A stretch of DNA of 63,013 nucleotides, filler included, from Gonapodya sp. JEL0774 (Eukaryota): assembly GCA_027604505.1 (NCBI GenBank). It is 40 parts of 40 records of this genome, joined end to end, with 100 filler letters (N's around TTAATTAATTAA, not from the genome) between each part and the next. Parts side by side here need not be neighbours in the genome. Positions count along the whole stretch, not along the records: positions 49,006 to 50,475 come from JADIIX010003095.1; positions 50,576 to 52,044 come from JADIIX010003096.1; positions 52,145 to 53,612 come from JADIIX010003097.1; positions 53,713 to 55,180 come from JADIIX010003098.1; positions 55,281 to 56,747 come from JADIIX010003099.1; positions 56,848 to 58,314 come from JADIIX010003100.1; positions 58,415 to 59,881 come from JADIIX010003101.1; positions 59,982 to 61,448 come from JADIIX010003102.1; 32 more parts are not named here. The stretch is one strand, 5' to 3'. Of this stretch, positions 49,006 through 61,559 are shown piece after piece. Made by a program: the position numbers and the translations under genes. The notes beneath the pieces are model-generated. The model was given only the letters and a program-made list of their open reading frames with translations, ran no database searches and was not told the origin of the DNA. Numbering within the stretch: position 1 is the stretch's first letter; each line of letters begins with the position of its first letter.

Positions 49006-50455
49006 TCTAGATATGGTGTATGGGCAGGAACAGTGTGGATGATCCGCAAGTGAGTGCCCGTGTCGAGCGCCCTGCGGAAAACCACCAGATTCATACCATA
49101 CATTACCTCTCTAGGTGGTTTGTCAACACTTCCGAGAAAAATCGAAATTCTCTCTGTTCTTTCAACGTTCTTCTCATTGATGAAGGCTCACAACTTCCAG
49201 TAGCTGAAGTTTCCATTCCCACTCGTCTTCTCCACCCTACGGATCGTCGTATTATAATTGCAGGAGATCATCTCCAGCTTGCACCAGTTCTCTCAGTCAA
49301 GTACCCAAACTTGGCGCCAGAAGAACCAAGGCTGCATGGCTCAATCATGGAATGTTTGATGCGGGATAGTAAGAACCACGCGATCAGTGCAAGTGGAGTA
49401 ATGCCATCGAACATTAACACCACAGCACAAATTGAGAAGCAAACAAACCTCCGAAGCGCGGAGCCATTGCCAAGCGGGTCGTCTTTCGGACCGCTGACGT
49501 TCCAGCTGAGCGGTGAGAGGTTTTCGATGTGTTGTCTTAGTCGATACACCCGCCAATGTAAACTCTTCCACCTGCGCTAACAGAGAACTTCCGGATGACA
49601 AAAGATTTGTGTGCCTTTGTTCAACGGATCTACGACGCTCCTTTTGAGCCAGCAGATACTCCTACCTCGACTCTTTCTCTCCCATCGTCTCGAATTGGCC
49701 CTCAAAAACAGAACACGGAGTCAACCGACCAGAGCAAACTCATTGATCAAGTTTTTGAGCGTCCTGTTCAATCGCTAGTGACAATTCAGATGAAGTGGCC
49801 CTCGTCCACTGATCCTACCATCCTGCCATATGAATCCCACTTGGAGGCAGAGGAATTTCTTGTCACAGGGCTTGTTCAAGATCTTCGCTCCAACTTTCCG
49901 CAGGAGAAGATATTTGTCGTTACTCCTCACCGACTTCAGCGAGTGAGAATAACGAGAGCGTTGGATCAACTCATCGGCGAGAAAATGAGAGTTGACACAG
50001 TCGAAAGAATGCAAGGAGACGAGGCGGATATAGTAGTGGTATGCTACGTGAGTCTGTCGCTCAATCTGCGCAAATGTCCGAATACTGTGGCTTCAAAATT
50101 CTTGGCACAGGGTTTTACGTCATATGCTGCACACACTTGCTTTGCTTCCACATCAGAAGGCGAGATTGATTTCATTTTCCAACGGAACCGACTTAACGTC
50201 GCGCTGTCTCGCGCCAAATCACTTTGCATATTCGTTACCTCTGATGAGTTGCTCAAGCGAGGGACTCCGTATAGCGTGATTGCTTCACAAGAGCGCAGTG
50301 AGGCTTGGATGTTTATGTCGGCTTTTGTCGAGCGAAGTAGGCAGATTCATTGGGTTGTCAGGGTGCCGGATGCATCGAGCGATTGCTACGATTCGCAAGA
50401 ATATTCAAACAACTCGAGCCTTGACAGGGAACTTTCAGCACTAAGCTTGAATTGA
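49006..50455 (+). CDS. Superfamily-1 UPF1/DNA2-like helicase, C-terminal part
   Basis: LLIDEGSQLP, IAGDHLQLAPV, L.ENFRM, VVTPHRLQR, VDTVERMQGDEAD, NRLNVALSRAK. Confidence 0.88.
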
Positions 50456-50575
50456 AGGACTGCGTTCGCTTGTTTNNNNNNNNNNNNNNNNNNNNNNNNN
50501 NNNNNNNNNNNNNNNNNNNTTAATTAATTAANNNNNNNNNNNNNNNNNNNNNNNNNNNNNNNNNNNNNNNNNNNN

Positions 50576-52044
50576 GCCGGCCGTATAAAATGTACACGAA
50601 CTCGTCGAGTAGAGCCCAAAGGGGACCCGAGACTGTCGCGTTGGTTGGATCTGTGATCGGAGACCACCGTCCCGCAGAACCAGCCCTTAAGGCCAGTGTA
50701 CTTGACGAGGCTTCGGAGTCGTCTACTCGTTCAGTGGGCTGAAGGCCCCACCCACGTAGCAAGTAGTCCCCCGCTTTCACTCTGGCGTCGACGTTCCCTT
50801 GATTCGCTGCTCTATTCCAGTACGCCAAAGCCACCTCCCACTCGGTCATTGTTTCTGGAAGAAGGTCACTTCCGTTGGGTCCTGGAACCGGGTACTCGCC
50901 GCGGTCAATCATCCAGGCGACGCTGACTTGGGCAGCCTCGATGCCGCGCTCGGCGAGCATGAGATAGCTCAGATACGCTGTTGAGAGAGATCCGTAGAGG
51001 TAAAGGTGGTAAGCAGTTTGAGCGAGTGGATCGGCTAGAGGGTGGAGTCGTTCAGCGACCGATTTGAGGAACTGGGTTTGAAATTGTGTACCATTAGATT
51101 CCTCAAGTCACTGCATGGTAGCAAGAGTACTCTAATGTCATCAATACTTGCAGAAACTGCAACCTCGCACTGTCGTTCAGTCCCGATACCGTCCATATAC
51201 ATTTCTCCGAGCCTATGCATAGAAGGAAGGTGCCCGTGTTTGGCAGCAAGTATGAACCACTTGATGGCAGTGACGTAGTCTCGTTTCTCTGAGTACAGCA
51301 ACAAAACAACGCACAAGCAGGTCATCAGAGCGTAACATTGGTCGACCAACTGCAGCAAACAGGACTCACGGTAGTGGACGTCTCCCGTCCGTCCCATCGC
51401 TCCTACACCGCCCTTCTCTGCTGCCCACGCCCACATCAATACTGCCTTGTTCCGAGCCCTCTTGTATCCTGCTGTACCATCCCACAAGAAGCATCCGAGC
51501 ACCTCGATAGCATCCGCATGGTCTCCTCGTCCTGCTATCTCGTAATACACTCTCGCGGTAGCGTTAGACTGGGGTACACCATCACCACGGAGGTACATGG
51601 AGCCGAGAGCTGCAGCTGCCTGGGTCTGATGTTCGCCTGGGTGCGGTCGGCCCGCACGACCCACTGGTGGAGCTGGGACTTCATAGGGTGCTCCGTTTTC
51701 AGCTTCTTGGACTTGTGCGAGTCGTGCTTCATCCACAGCGTCTGTACCCACGGCTCTCTCCAGCCATCTTTGCGCATCTGGATCGCCGACTTCCAACATG
51801 TGTTGGCCAAGTTGCAGAGCGCTGGCAGAGTCACCTCGCTCTGCTTGGTAACGCAAGTACTGGAGAATGTCGTTCTCTGTAACAGAGCCTAAGCCAGATG
51901 ACACCCGTGAGGCATCAGCGCCGGATGCACCTATGCCAAACACTCCACCGGATAGGGAAGGAAGGGAAACGACTGGTGAAGGGAGGATGGGTCCAAGGGG
52001 TCCGTAAGAATTATACTTGGCGATTGCTTGTACAAGAATGAAAG
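50576..52044 (-). CDS. HRD3: Sel1-repeat ERAD component HRD3/SEL1L, internal fragment
   Basis: Sel1 repeats (LGSMYLRGDGVPQSN..A..YY); AQVSVAWMIDRG; YWNRAANQGNVDARVKAGDY. Confidence 0.75.
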
Positions 52045-52796
52045 NNNNNNNNNNNNNNNNNNNNNNNNNNNNNNNNNNNNNNNNNNNNTTAATTAATTAA
52101 NNNNNNNNNNNNNNNNNNNNNNNNNNNNNNNNNNNNNNNNNNNNCGATAATTCTCGGTTGATAATTGTGACGTTGCGCGCAGGTCATGTCACTGCCGGCG
52201 GATCGATATGGTAACTATCTGTCTTAAGTTTGAAGCATTTTATATTCTCTTCAAATTCTTATATTTTGCAGCATGGATCTTTTGACGACTTCCGGCTGGC
52301 TGCCATCGTACACGGTCGAAAGCGCCCTTTTGCAAGTACGTTGAACAGCGTTCTCATTGAGATCTACACAGCTGCTCTATTTCACGTGAAAATTATCAGG
52401 TTCGGATGGCACTCACTTCTACAGAGCCTCGTCCTGCGAGGCTTGATCCGCACCGTTGGCTACAGTCGTACAGTGCATACGAGGCAATGGAAGCTTTTGT
52501 CAGAGTAGCCCAGCAACATGGGTGGGGTGTGAGTTGCTCTCTAAGAGCGTTGTGTGATTGAATAAAAGTCTTCTCACATTTCCGTTGTCATCACACTAAA
52601 GGTCCCTGCCAATTGGAGCACCTACTTTGCAAAATAGGATCAAAAACTCGATAATATCCCTGCATCCGCATATTCAATTATTGTATTCAGACATTCCATA
52701 CTCGTACATACAATCTTGTGAATCTTCGCTTTGGGCAGAATCACACCCACATGTGCCGTTGGGCTGCGGTGTTTGTACAGTGGAACAGTCGAAAAA

Positions 52797-53612
52797 ATGT
52801 TCGCTGGACGTTCCCATAACAATGGCTCGTCCTCCTCCAATCCCCCACCCCTTTTCAACCGTCCGCGCTCTCCCGGCGTTCTCTTCCACTGCGAGGTGGA
52901 ACTGAAGAAGATTCCGGGGATTCTGGACGGGACAGAGGATATGCTTCGATGGACACCTAATGACAACCCCAGCGGACGCTTGCTGTTTCCAATAGTCAGC
53001 GTGATAAGTAGGTGGATGAAGTGGTTCCTGATTAGGTATTGTTGTGGAATTCGAAGTTGTGCTGGTCTGAAGCATACTGGCCCTATGTTCATCATCGCCA
53101 CTATAGGACAGCAGGTCAATAAATCCGGGTCCGCAAAGGTCATTCTTCGCCTTGAACTCGACACTGCTGCTGGCTTTGACAAGGCGACGGATCTTTTGTT
53201 CACGGGACCCAGGGCACTTGAGGACCGGGATGTTGTGAAGGACATCCTCTCCCCCATTTTGCTGAATCGCGCGCGAGAATCTTCAGTCGGTGCACAGAGT
53301 CCCCCTTCGTTGAGCAAAAGACCGCGAGAAGAGTCGGACAACGGTACAAATGAACGTGAGCGCCGACTTTTTGATTCTTACGAGTTTGAGCCATTGACAC
53401 ACCAACATCTCAGAGACAAATGCCACCAAGCGATCGCGCATCGGCACTCCATCTAATCCATCACCCATTCCACCCCCAGTAGTGAATTTGGCAAATCCTT
53501 CAAATGCTGTTGAACGTGGAGGCCGTTCAGGAACTGGTCGTAGCGTTGTTCGACCTCCTTTATCAGAAGAGGAAAAAGCAGCACGGATACAGCTCCTTAT
53601 TGAGAATAAAGC
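52797..53612 (+). CDS. TFB1: TFIIH p62 subunit, N-terminal PH domain and start of BSD, partial
   Basis: LKKIPGIL...WTP, QQVNKSGSAKVILRL, FTG..A..DRDVVKDIL, EEKAARIQLLIENK. Confidence 0.7.
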
Positions 53613-55421
53613 NNNNNNNNNNNNNNNNNNNNNNNNNNNNNNNNNNNNNNNNNNNNTTAATTAATTAANNNNNNNNNNNNNNNNNNNNNNNNNNNNNNNN
53701 NNNNNNNNNNNNACGTGGTGTTTGAGGTGTGGAGTGCGAGGTGGCTCGAGGACAGTGGTGTGGATTCCGAGTGAGTGCACCAGGACAGGTAGGCGAGCGG
53801 GCAGCTGACATGTTGTATATTGAGCGATGACTGGCACCTGACATGTTGGATATTGAGCGATGAGCGGAGTCGGCCGAAAGTGGTGGTGGCTTTGGTGGCG
53901 GTGAGGGACGGAGGATTGGACGAGTGGGAACAGCTACCTTTTCCGGACGAGTCATGCCTGCGTTGGCGGGTGTGGGAGTGGGATGCAATGGGTGCGCCGT
54001 GAGGTTCGGTTTTGGGTTGGGATTGATAATGCAACCTATGAGTCGGGATCGGAAGCATGGTTGGAACAAGGCCGCAGAGTGGAGAGTGCAGGAAGTCCAG
54101 ACTGACGGAGCGATTCACGAGTGCGAGTTGCATGTACCAGAAGATGCCCGAGTCAGATACAAACAGGTGTCTGCGGAGGAATAAGGGAGCGTTCGCACAT
54201 GAAGCACCTCGGCATGTCCACATGCCAGCAAGATGCAAATGCTTACCAACAATCCTAAGCCCCACTTAGTGAAGCGGCAACCGCCTCTACAGTGAGTCAT
54301 TGGCGCACGCTTCACTCACAATGCGTCCGGCAAGCGATAAGCTTCGGACGATCTGAAATATTCACAGGCGCTATGACAAGTCCAGGATGGTGCGACAAAC
54401 CCGTCAGCAGAAGAAATCAAAGAGTAAAAGAGCTGTGAAGAGAGGACGCGTTTCCACTAAATAAGGTAGGGAGACTGACGATAAGCTATGTGAAGGAAAG
54501 GCGGCATCAAGTTGTTGGTTGGACCCAACAACTCTTTGAGAAGAAAAGTCGATAAAACCCACATGAAACGGTGTAGCAGAGACAGTTGTGCGTACAGAGT
54601 GCTGCCGGCGAACAGGTAATTTGAATGGCGTGCGTTCAGGTCGACTAATCAACCCCAGCAGACGGGATAACAAGTCACAAGTCTGAACTCGGAAGAGTGA
54701 ATTTTCGAGCTTGTAATCACATGCCGTAGTGAGGATGGGCGACCTGTCAGCTTTGCATCCCAAATGCACCTCTTGCACAGCCTGGTAAGCGAGTTCGAAA
54801 GACAAAGATACATTGTTGAGACATATCAACATTTCGTGAGTTACGGTGACCACAGTACTGTCGGTTTGCCCGCTCCGCCCGCGCACATAAACGGCGAAGC
54901 CGACCTCTGCGGATATGGTATGTCCAATTCAATAGAAATTTCTACTGTATCCAAGTATGTATATCAAAGCAGGAACTGCTATACAAAGACGGTTGGGAAT
55001 GCACCGCATCCCAACTCCCTCTGTATGCACTCGCGACTGTGCTACGCAGTCTGCAGAAAATCCCGCCCACCCAACCCTCTTTGTGAGTATAGCACCATGC
55101 GCTTCGAGCGTGTGTATGGTAGGCACTTAACCTACGGTTGGTCCTCGAGCCAGAATTGCACTGATGGCGTGATCCCTGCCNNNNNNNNNNNNNNNNNNNN
55201 NNNNNNNNNNNNNNNNNNNNNNNNTTAATTAATTAANNNNNNNNNNNNNNNNNNNNNNNNNNNNNNNNNNNNNNNNNNNNCAGGAAAAACTCTTTAGCTT
55301 AATCTAGTGTTAGCATCCGAGGCTTGCTTATAAAAACCCCATGTTTTCCCCACTAGACAGAAGAAGTTGTACCATCAATAGACAAACGTTTTCTGTATTC
55401 CCCTCGACCCATCACCAGGCC

Positions 55422-56574
55422 CTATATACGTCTCTGAGCTAGATACACCCTAACGTACCCACCCCCAGGAACCCCAGGCCAACCCCTCCACAGTTCCCAT
55501 GCTTCAACGTCAGCACCCAAAGACTTTAGGAACGTCCACGCCTTGGTGGCAGTTTCAAGAAACTCCCTTCCTTTGTCTAAACTGATGGTGACTGCTGCCG
55601 GTCCAGAATAGCAACAGCGGCCATCACACAAACAGAACATTTCCGTCGGACCCTCCAACGTCATATCTTGGAATCCCCATCCGCGACCAATACCCTGGTC
55701 TGTGTCCAATCCAGGACCCAATACGCATCACGCTCCTTAACGACGTGAGTATCGACCAGGTCCTGCCAGGGAATTGGCAAATACCAAAGCTGGAACTGCG
55801 GGTACCTGCCGGACAGAAACATCAAGTTTCTGTCGTTCAGCCATACAGCAAAATTCATGAGAAGAACTTCTCGCGGTAGGGAGCACGCCTGCAGGGCATT
55901 GCGGAACCGGCCCAAATCGCCATTGATCGCGGCGCTCTGGAGAGCCTCGTGAGGCTTCACACAACAGAGAAGCGAGAGAAAGCTCTCCCATGACCCTTTG
56001 GAGTAGCCTGGTGGCGCATCTGGCAATGGGCTTGGATGGGGAATGGTGGTAGGTACCTGGTGAACAAACACCCTCAGCATTGATTGCGACAGCCAGGCAC
56101 GAACCTGCAATTTACCTGAGAGTTTCTGTTGGCAAGAATAATGTTGTAGAATCCCCTCAGCTGATCTTTGGGAGAGCCGTGAAAAGCTCGGCTAAGAAAC
56201 TCAACATTAGGAAGACAATTACCGATCGGCAGAGCACTAACAATCGTTCCAGCGGTTTGCGCGTCCAGCTTGGGCGCCGTTCCAAGGATATCGGCAAAGA
56301 TTACGATGTCCCTGTCTATCCCGAGTTCTAGCAGTTGCTGGATCATGTAATCGAGACCGAAAACCTTAAGGCATAAGAAGAACCCATCACGAAGCTCCCT
56401 AGGCTGCTTCGTGATGAGGCACGCGCGTCTGAATTGCAGCAGGCATGTCGTGTGGATGGACTGCCGGAACGTCTGTGACACGGCACGAAGAGGCCATAGC
56501 TTCGAAAAGCGGACACGGGGGAATATGTGGTTTTGGAGAAGCTCGTTCGCACCTGGGAGTGTGGAGGCAGACAT
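55422..56574 (-). pseudogene. F-box-like gene broken over three frames (pseudogene or unresolved introns)
   Basis: N-terminal LPGANELLQNHIFPRVRFSKLWPLRAVSQTFR; overlapping successive ORFs in different frames without clear introns. Confidence 0.4.
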
Positions 56575-56847
56575 CGACGGGATGATTGCTTTGTGAACAG
56601 GGATCTCGTCTCGGCATGAAAATTTTTTTCTCTGGGGGATGGTAATCGAGGATGGTAACCAGTTTGATTACCATCCCCGGTGTGGTTTGCACTCCTCGTC
56701 AGATCTCATCCAAAGACCGCTTTTCACTTCCAAAGCTTCAAAGTCATNNNNNNNNNNNNNNNNNNNNNNNNNNNNNNNNNNNNNNNNNNNNTTAATTAAT
56801 TAANNNNNNNNNNNNNNNNNNNNNNNNNNNNNNNNNNNNNNNNNNNN

Positions 56848-58124
56848 GCGTCGCGGAGTCGGAGAGCAGTGCGCAGGGCTGTGTCGAGATCGTTGGTGGG
56901 GTCTGGGTTGGGGTACTGGAGTAAATATGGGTTGAGGTCCAGTACCTGCAATGATGTGAGATTGAGGGTGAGAAGATAGCAGGAACATAATTACAGAATG
57001 GAGCTTACAGCATTGTTGAGTACGATAAAGTTTTGTATACGGGGCGCGTTGCGGTACAGGTAACTCCAGGTAAATGTCGGACTCCCGAGCATCGTCAAAT
57101 TGATTTTCGCCGTCGCATCATCCAGTCTCAAACACCCTCCCTGGCTATAACATGTGTTCTGAACATTGAGAACCGGATTCGTGGCGAGGTAATCCGGCAA
57201 CGCCGCACACGACGGAGTATCCTTCTGGGTGAACTGGTCCGACACCGAGAAGCCTGGGGGCAGGTTCTCAAACATGTGGGAATATTCGGGCACGGAAGAA
57301 CCCTTGTCGTAAAGTGAACCTGCGATGACGATCGTGTTGAATGTTTCAACGGAGATGGAGGTGCGGGAGATTTCTGTTTGTTTGGCGGCGGAGCATAGGA
57401 GCTCTTTGAGGACCTGGAGTACAGGAGGGGTCGAAAGCAATATGAGATACCAGCTAGCGACTAACGGGAGAGCATACAGAAGCTCGTGGATCTAGATTGT
57501 CCAACTTTTGGAACCAGACTGAAGATCTATAGCGACACGCCGGCCCTTTCCTGTTCCACTCTAGTACCAACGAGCAACGACTCCGTCATAAAGCTCTCCA
57601 CGCCAGCAACTCACCAGGGTGAAGAAAACTACCACAGCACTAATGCAAAATACCACGAAGCACAGGGCGACCTTTTCCCTCCACGCTTGCCTGACTCGAA
57701 AATCCTTCATTCCACCGACCGAACTCAACAACACGTTGGGACAACAGATAGTCAGCACGCGAGCAAATGTAGGCCAGGGTCCCTTGAAGATATCGGTTTT
57801 CTCAATCAGCTTCCTGTTTCGGACCGATATTCGACCTGCAGTGTTGAGCCGTTCGGGTTTGGAGAACGTCTTCCGCTCTCCACGAGGCCGGAACCCCATC
57901 GACTTGGTTTGGCCCCGTCTGGAAAACCCTCCTCCAGCTTCTGTTGTTGGAAGAGCTTCAAACCCCCCCTCCCCACTGAACACTCGGTTGAAGACAGCAC
58001 GAGGATCGAGCATTTGGCGGACTGTTCCTGCAGTCCGACGGACGCCCGAAGAAGGTAGCCGCCGGGCAGGGTCTTGTCGACCGTCGTATTGCTCGGAGTC
58101 GTCAAGGAAAGGTTGGTAGGACAT
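56848..58124 (-). CDS. Chitin synthase, division 2 (class IV-like), N-terminal part
   Basis: TFSKPER; WPTFARVLTICCPNVLLSSVGGMKDFRVRQAWREKVALCFVVFCISAVVVFFTL; following exon with IVIAGSLYD and IVLNNAV. Confidence 0.85.
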
Positions 58125-60079
58125 GGTTGTGAAAGGAGTTGAGATCGATGATGTCCAAGGGGGGATGGCCTTTTCCTTCGACCAGGATATTAGCTTCACC
58201 AGTGAGACTCAGATCAGTACTTCAAACCAACTTGAATGAACGTGCTTCGCGTCCCAATGTCGTGGGAAAGTGGGACCAACTCACTCAAGTGCAACTGGAA
58301 CCGTCGTCTGAAGANNNNNNNNNNNNNNNNNNNNNNNNNNNNNNNNNNNNNNNNNNNNTTAATTAATTAANNNNNNNNNNNNNNNNNNNNNNNNNNNNNN
58401 NNNNNNNNNNNNNNTTGCAGTCTACTCCCAGTCATTTTAATTCAGGGAAGCATCTGATTGCTGGAAGTATCTCCAGTCCGTCACACTGCGCGAGCTCGAT
58501 ATTATATCTCTTCACGCTTGTGTCACTCGAAAAGGCCGTTGATCGCCAAACCGTCTCACATTCTGAGAGTCCCGTCATGGTTTAACATACACCTCGGAGG
58601 TTGAGCGTTTAAGACTGCAATTGCCACGGAACGATAAAAGATCTAACCGTGTTTATCTCCTTCTCATGACTAGTTTGTGGTTTGCAATTGTGGCAGGCCA
58701 TGTGTGTGATAGCAAGCCTTGAGCCAGGCAGGTAGGCCCCAGGTGAAGAAGTCGCACATGCGAATGTAGTACGACCGGCATGTGCTGATCCGAAGTGTTG
58801 CAACATGGCTAAGAGCAACAAAAGACGTCGGAAAAGAGCTGAAGAAGATCAATCGCACATTTTAGAGCCCTAGAAGACATCAGCATCCAAGGTGACGCAA
58901 TACTGGGCTTGCGGCGGGTGGAGTGTTGGGTTCTGGAATGGGTCCTGGAGAACTGCTGCAATCTCACCATGCGACGCTCGCTTGCGACAACCATTATGAG
59001 AGATTACATGGAATTCAAAAACCAGCGTGGATTAAACTATGGTACGGAGTTGTAGGATGTCGGCTCTCGAATGTGATCCCCCCTCTTTTCAGAATCTTCA
59101 GTACCACTCTTCTTCTGGAAGTGTCACATGACACGGTCTTTTGCTATCCATTTATCCATCGCGTCACTCTGCTTGTTCCTTTCAAGGACCCCGCATTCCT
59201 CCTTGGAGTGTGCGAGCTTGTGCTCCAGCACCATTTCTCCTCTTTTGGATGTTCACACCCAGATGTAACTAGCTATCCTTGGGACGTGGAGGGGATCCGT
59301 CTCGATTGATGAGCCACTTCAGGCCCCATCCGGTGAGACTCGGTGTCGCTTGGCCGAAAAATGCTGGTGTGCATGCATGAAGGTCCAAGTATCGATGTTG
59401 GTACAGCATAGCAGAAGTGAATACTTTGGCGATCATTTCACTGAGAAGTTTTCGCAGTTCCAACTGTTCCTCGCGAAGGCAACGGTTGTCCTCCTCGAGT
59501 GACGTCATCCGCATCATCAAATCAGAGATTTTCTGATGGAGATCAGAGCTCCGATCGTTGTGAGGACCTGTCATATTCATAGAATCTTGTTTTGCTTTAT
59601 TAGCGTAGTGTATGGTTCTTTGGTTAAGAAGAGTTTGTGTAAAGGAGTGCGGGGACACGACCATCTTCTGAGCACTGGACACCGGTCACGATCCCCGACA
59701 ATATCCAGTCGAGCTGGGACATGCATTTCCCTAACTGCTTAATCGCTATGCACATTTATACTCTGTTGGTGTTCTCCTACAGGAAACCGACCAGAGACAT
59801 CCAGTGGATTGGACATTTGTCATCAGATCCTCTGTTCAGCAAGACTGTAATCGTGAAACCCGAGCCTGTAGTCGGTCCCCGNNNNNNNNNNNNNNNNNNN
59901 NNNNNNNNNNNNNNNNNNNNNNNNNTTAATTAATTAANNNNNNNNNNNNNNNNNNNNNNNNNNNNNNNNNNNNNNNNNNNNCACGGTAGGGGCAGCGATA
60001 GTATCGAAACAGCTCATTGACCTTCAAATTCACAGGGAGAACGAAAAAATCATTGATACAGGAATGTCTCTCACTAGAT

Positions 60080-60838
60080 TTAGTGCTCTTTTATCTCAGC
60101 GCATGCTTCACCAACCTTCAAGACATCAGCAAGAGTGAGATCCACATCATTACTGCCATTCGTAGGGTGGACGAGTTTTACTTGTTTGGGAAAAGCCACG
60201 TCGACAATGAGAAAGCCATGGTGAAGTATGTCAGGTGCTTCCAGGGCGACTGCGCCGGGGAATTCGTAGAGCACAATAAAGGCGGCATCAATATTGACTG
60301 CCACTTCGTGCACTGTCTCGTTGTCTGTCCACTTCAGTGGCAGGCTAGTATTCAGGGCTTTTGATTCAACGTCGATTTTGCCAGCTTCAAGTGTGTTATC
60401 ACTTGTCTCATCTTTGGGAGGCGGCTCAATTTCGACGTCAACATGAACTGCCTCATAGCTCCCATAGTCGCCAGCTGCAGGCGCGATCGACCTCCCGAGA
60501 GTAGATGCATTCACGTCACTACGTCGAAGCGCAAGCACGAGGCTGTGGTTGTGGCAAGCAAAGGAGGTCTCCCTTGCAAAATAGTTCCTGCGCTGGAAAT
60601 CAATGTCCTCCGCAACACCGCCCACACCTGGAGTGCGGATCGCATCTGAATATCCGGCTTCTTCCCAGAACCACCCGCCTTCGCTGTCTTTGCCTCTGAT
60701 TTCGGTTTTAGTGGCGCGACCAGGCAAGTACCGCGGTGTCAACCAATACGGAAAAGGGATAACGAAGCGCGAGCGTGCGGTATCGAGCTTTGTAGAGTGG
60801 TCCTCGTTCGGATTGGGAGAAATAGTTCCTGGAGTCAT
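60080..60838 (-). CDS. Hypothetical protein, first exon(s)
   Basis: ATG-started 252-aa open frame after an AT-rich upstream region; no domain recognised. Confidence 0.45.
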   Translation of the reverse strand: MTPGTISPNPNEDHSTKLDTARSRFVIPFPYWLTPRYLPGRATKTEIRGKDSEGGWFWEEAGYSDAIRTPGVGGVAEDIDFQRRNYFARETSFACHNHSLVLALRRSDVNASTLGRSIAPAAGDYGSYEAVHVDVEIEPPPKDETSDNTLEAGKIDVESKALNTSLPLKWTDNETVHEVAVNIDAAFIVLYEFPGAVALEAPDILHHGFLIVDVAFPKQVKLVHPTNGSNDVDLTLADVLKVGEACAEIKEH

Positions 60839-61559
60839 TTAATTCGGTGTCCGCATTGTTCGGAAGGGGGTTGTTACTTGATCGCACCCACTGGTTTTTT
60901 TGTTGGTTTTAATAACGTTCGTCATCCTTTTATCCCTATCATAGGTTGAAATCGAAGTTGAATTAAATTAATTCTTAAAGTGTTCTTCTCGCATCTCGCG
61001 ATTGGGATCTGGGGAGTGTACACTGACAATTGGAGGTGTGGCGCCCCTATATTACCTTCATTGTGTGCATCTCACTGTACTATGCTGTTGTTTGTCTGCA
61101 ACTCACTGTGCGGCCGGAACCAGCAATCCGGTAAGATTACCTGGTATCTGAATTAGATAGTTTGCATTTACTAGTATATTGCAGAACGTAAGATATCGTT
61201 CGGCTCTCCGATATTCGGGTTACTACCATAAGTCACGGCCGGATGCATCAGATCAATTGCGTCGCTTGAGTTCTTCCTCTGCAGTCGCATTACAGACTTT
61301 CGTGACTTGCTCCTTGCAATTAATATGGGATACATATACGCCACGATTTCCGCGGTACCTTCGACACTTCTATGATGGTCCCAGATGAAATCGATGTCAA
61401 ATTGTGTAGCCACATAAAAAATCATCTCGAAACGACGGTTGCAGTCCTNNNNNNNNNNNNNNNNNNNNNNNNNNNNNNNNNNNNNNNNNNNNTTAATTAA
61501 TTAANNNNNNNNNNNNNNNNNNNNNNNNNNNNNNNNNNNNNNNNNNNNTAAATATAAAG

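Noticed and set aside
53805..53863. 33-bp tandem duplication (CTGACATGTTG.ATATTGAGCGATGA)
   Set aside because: Only two copies, with no supportable coding or structural context.
58415..59881. Possible Cys-rich zinc-finger remnant (VCNCGRPC) and a short coiled-coil ORF
   Set aside because: Interrupted by stops and too short to support a call.
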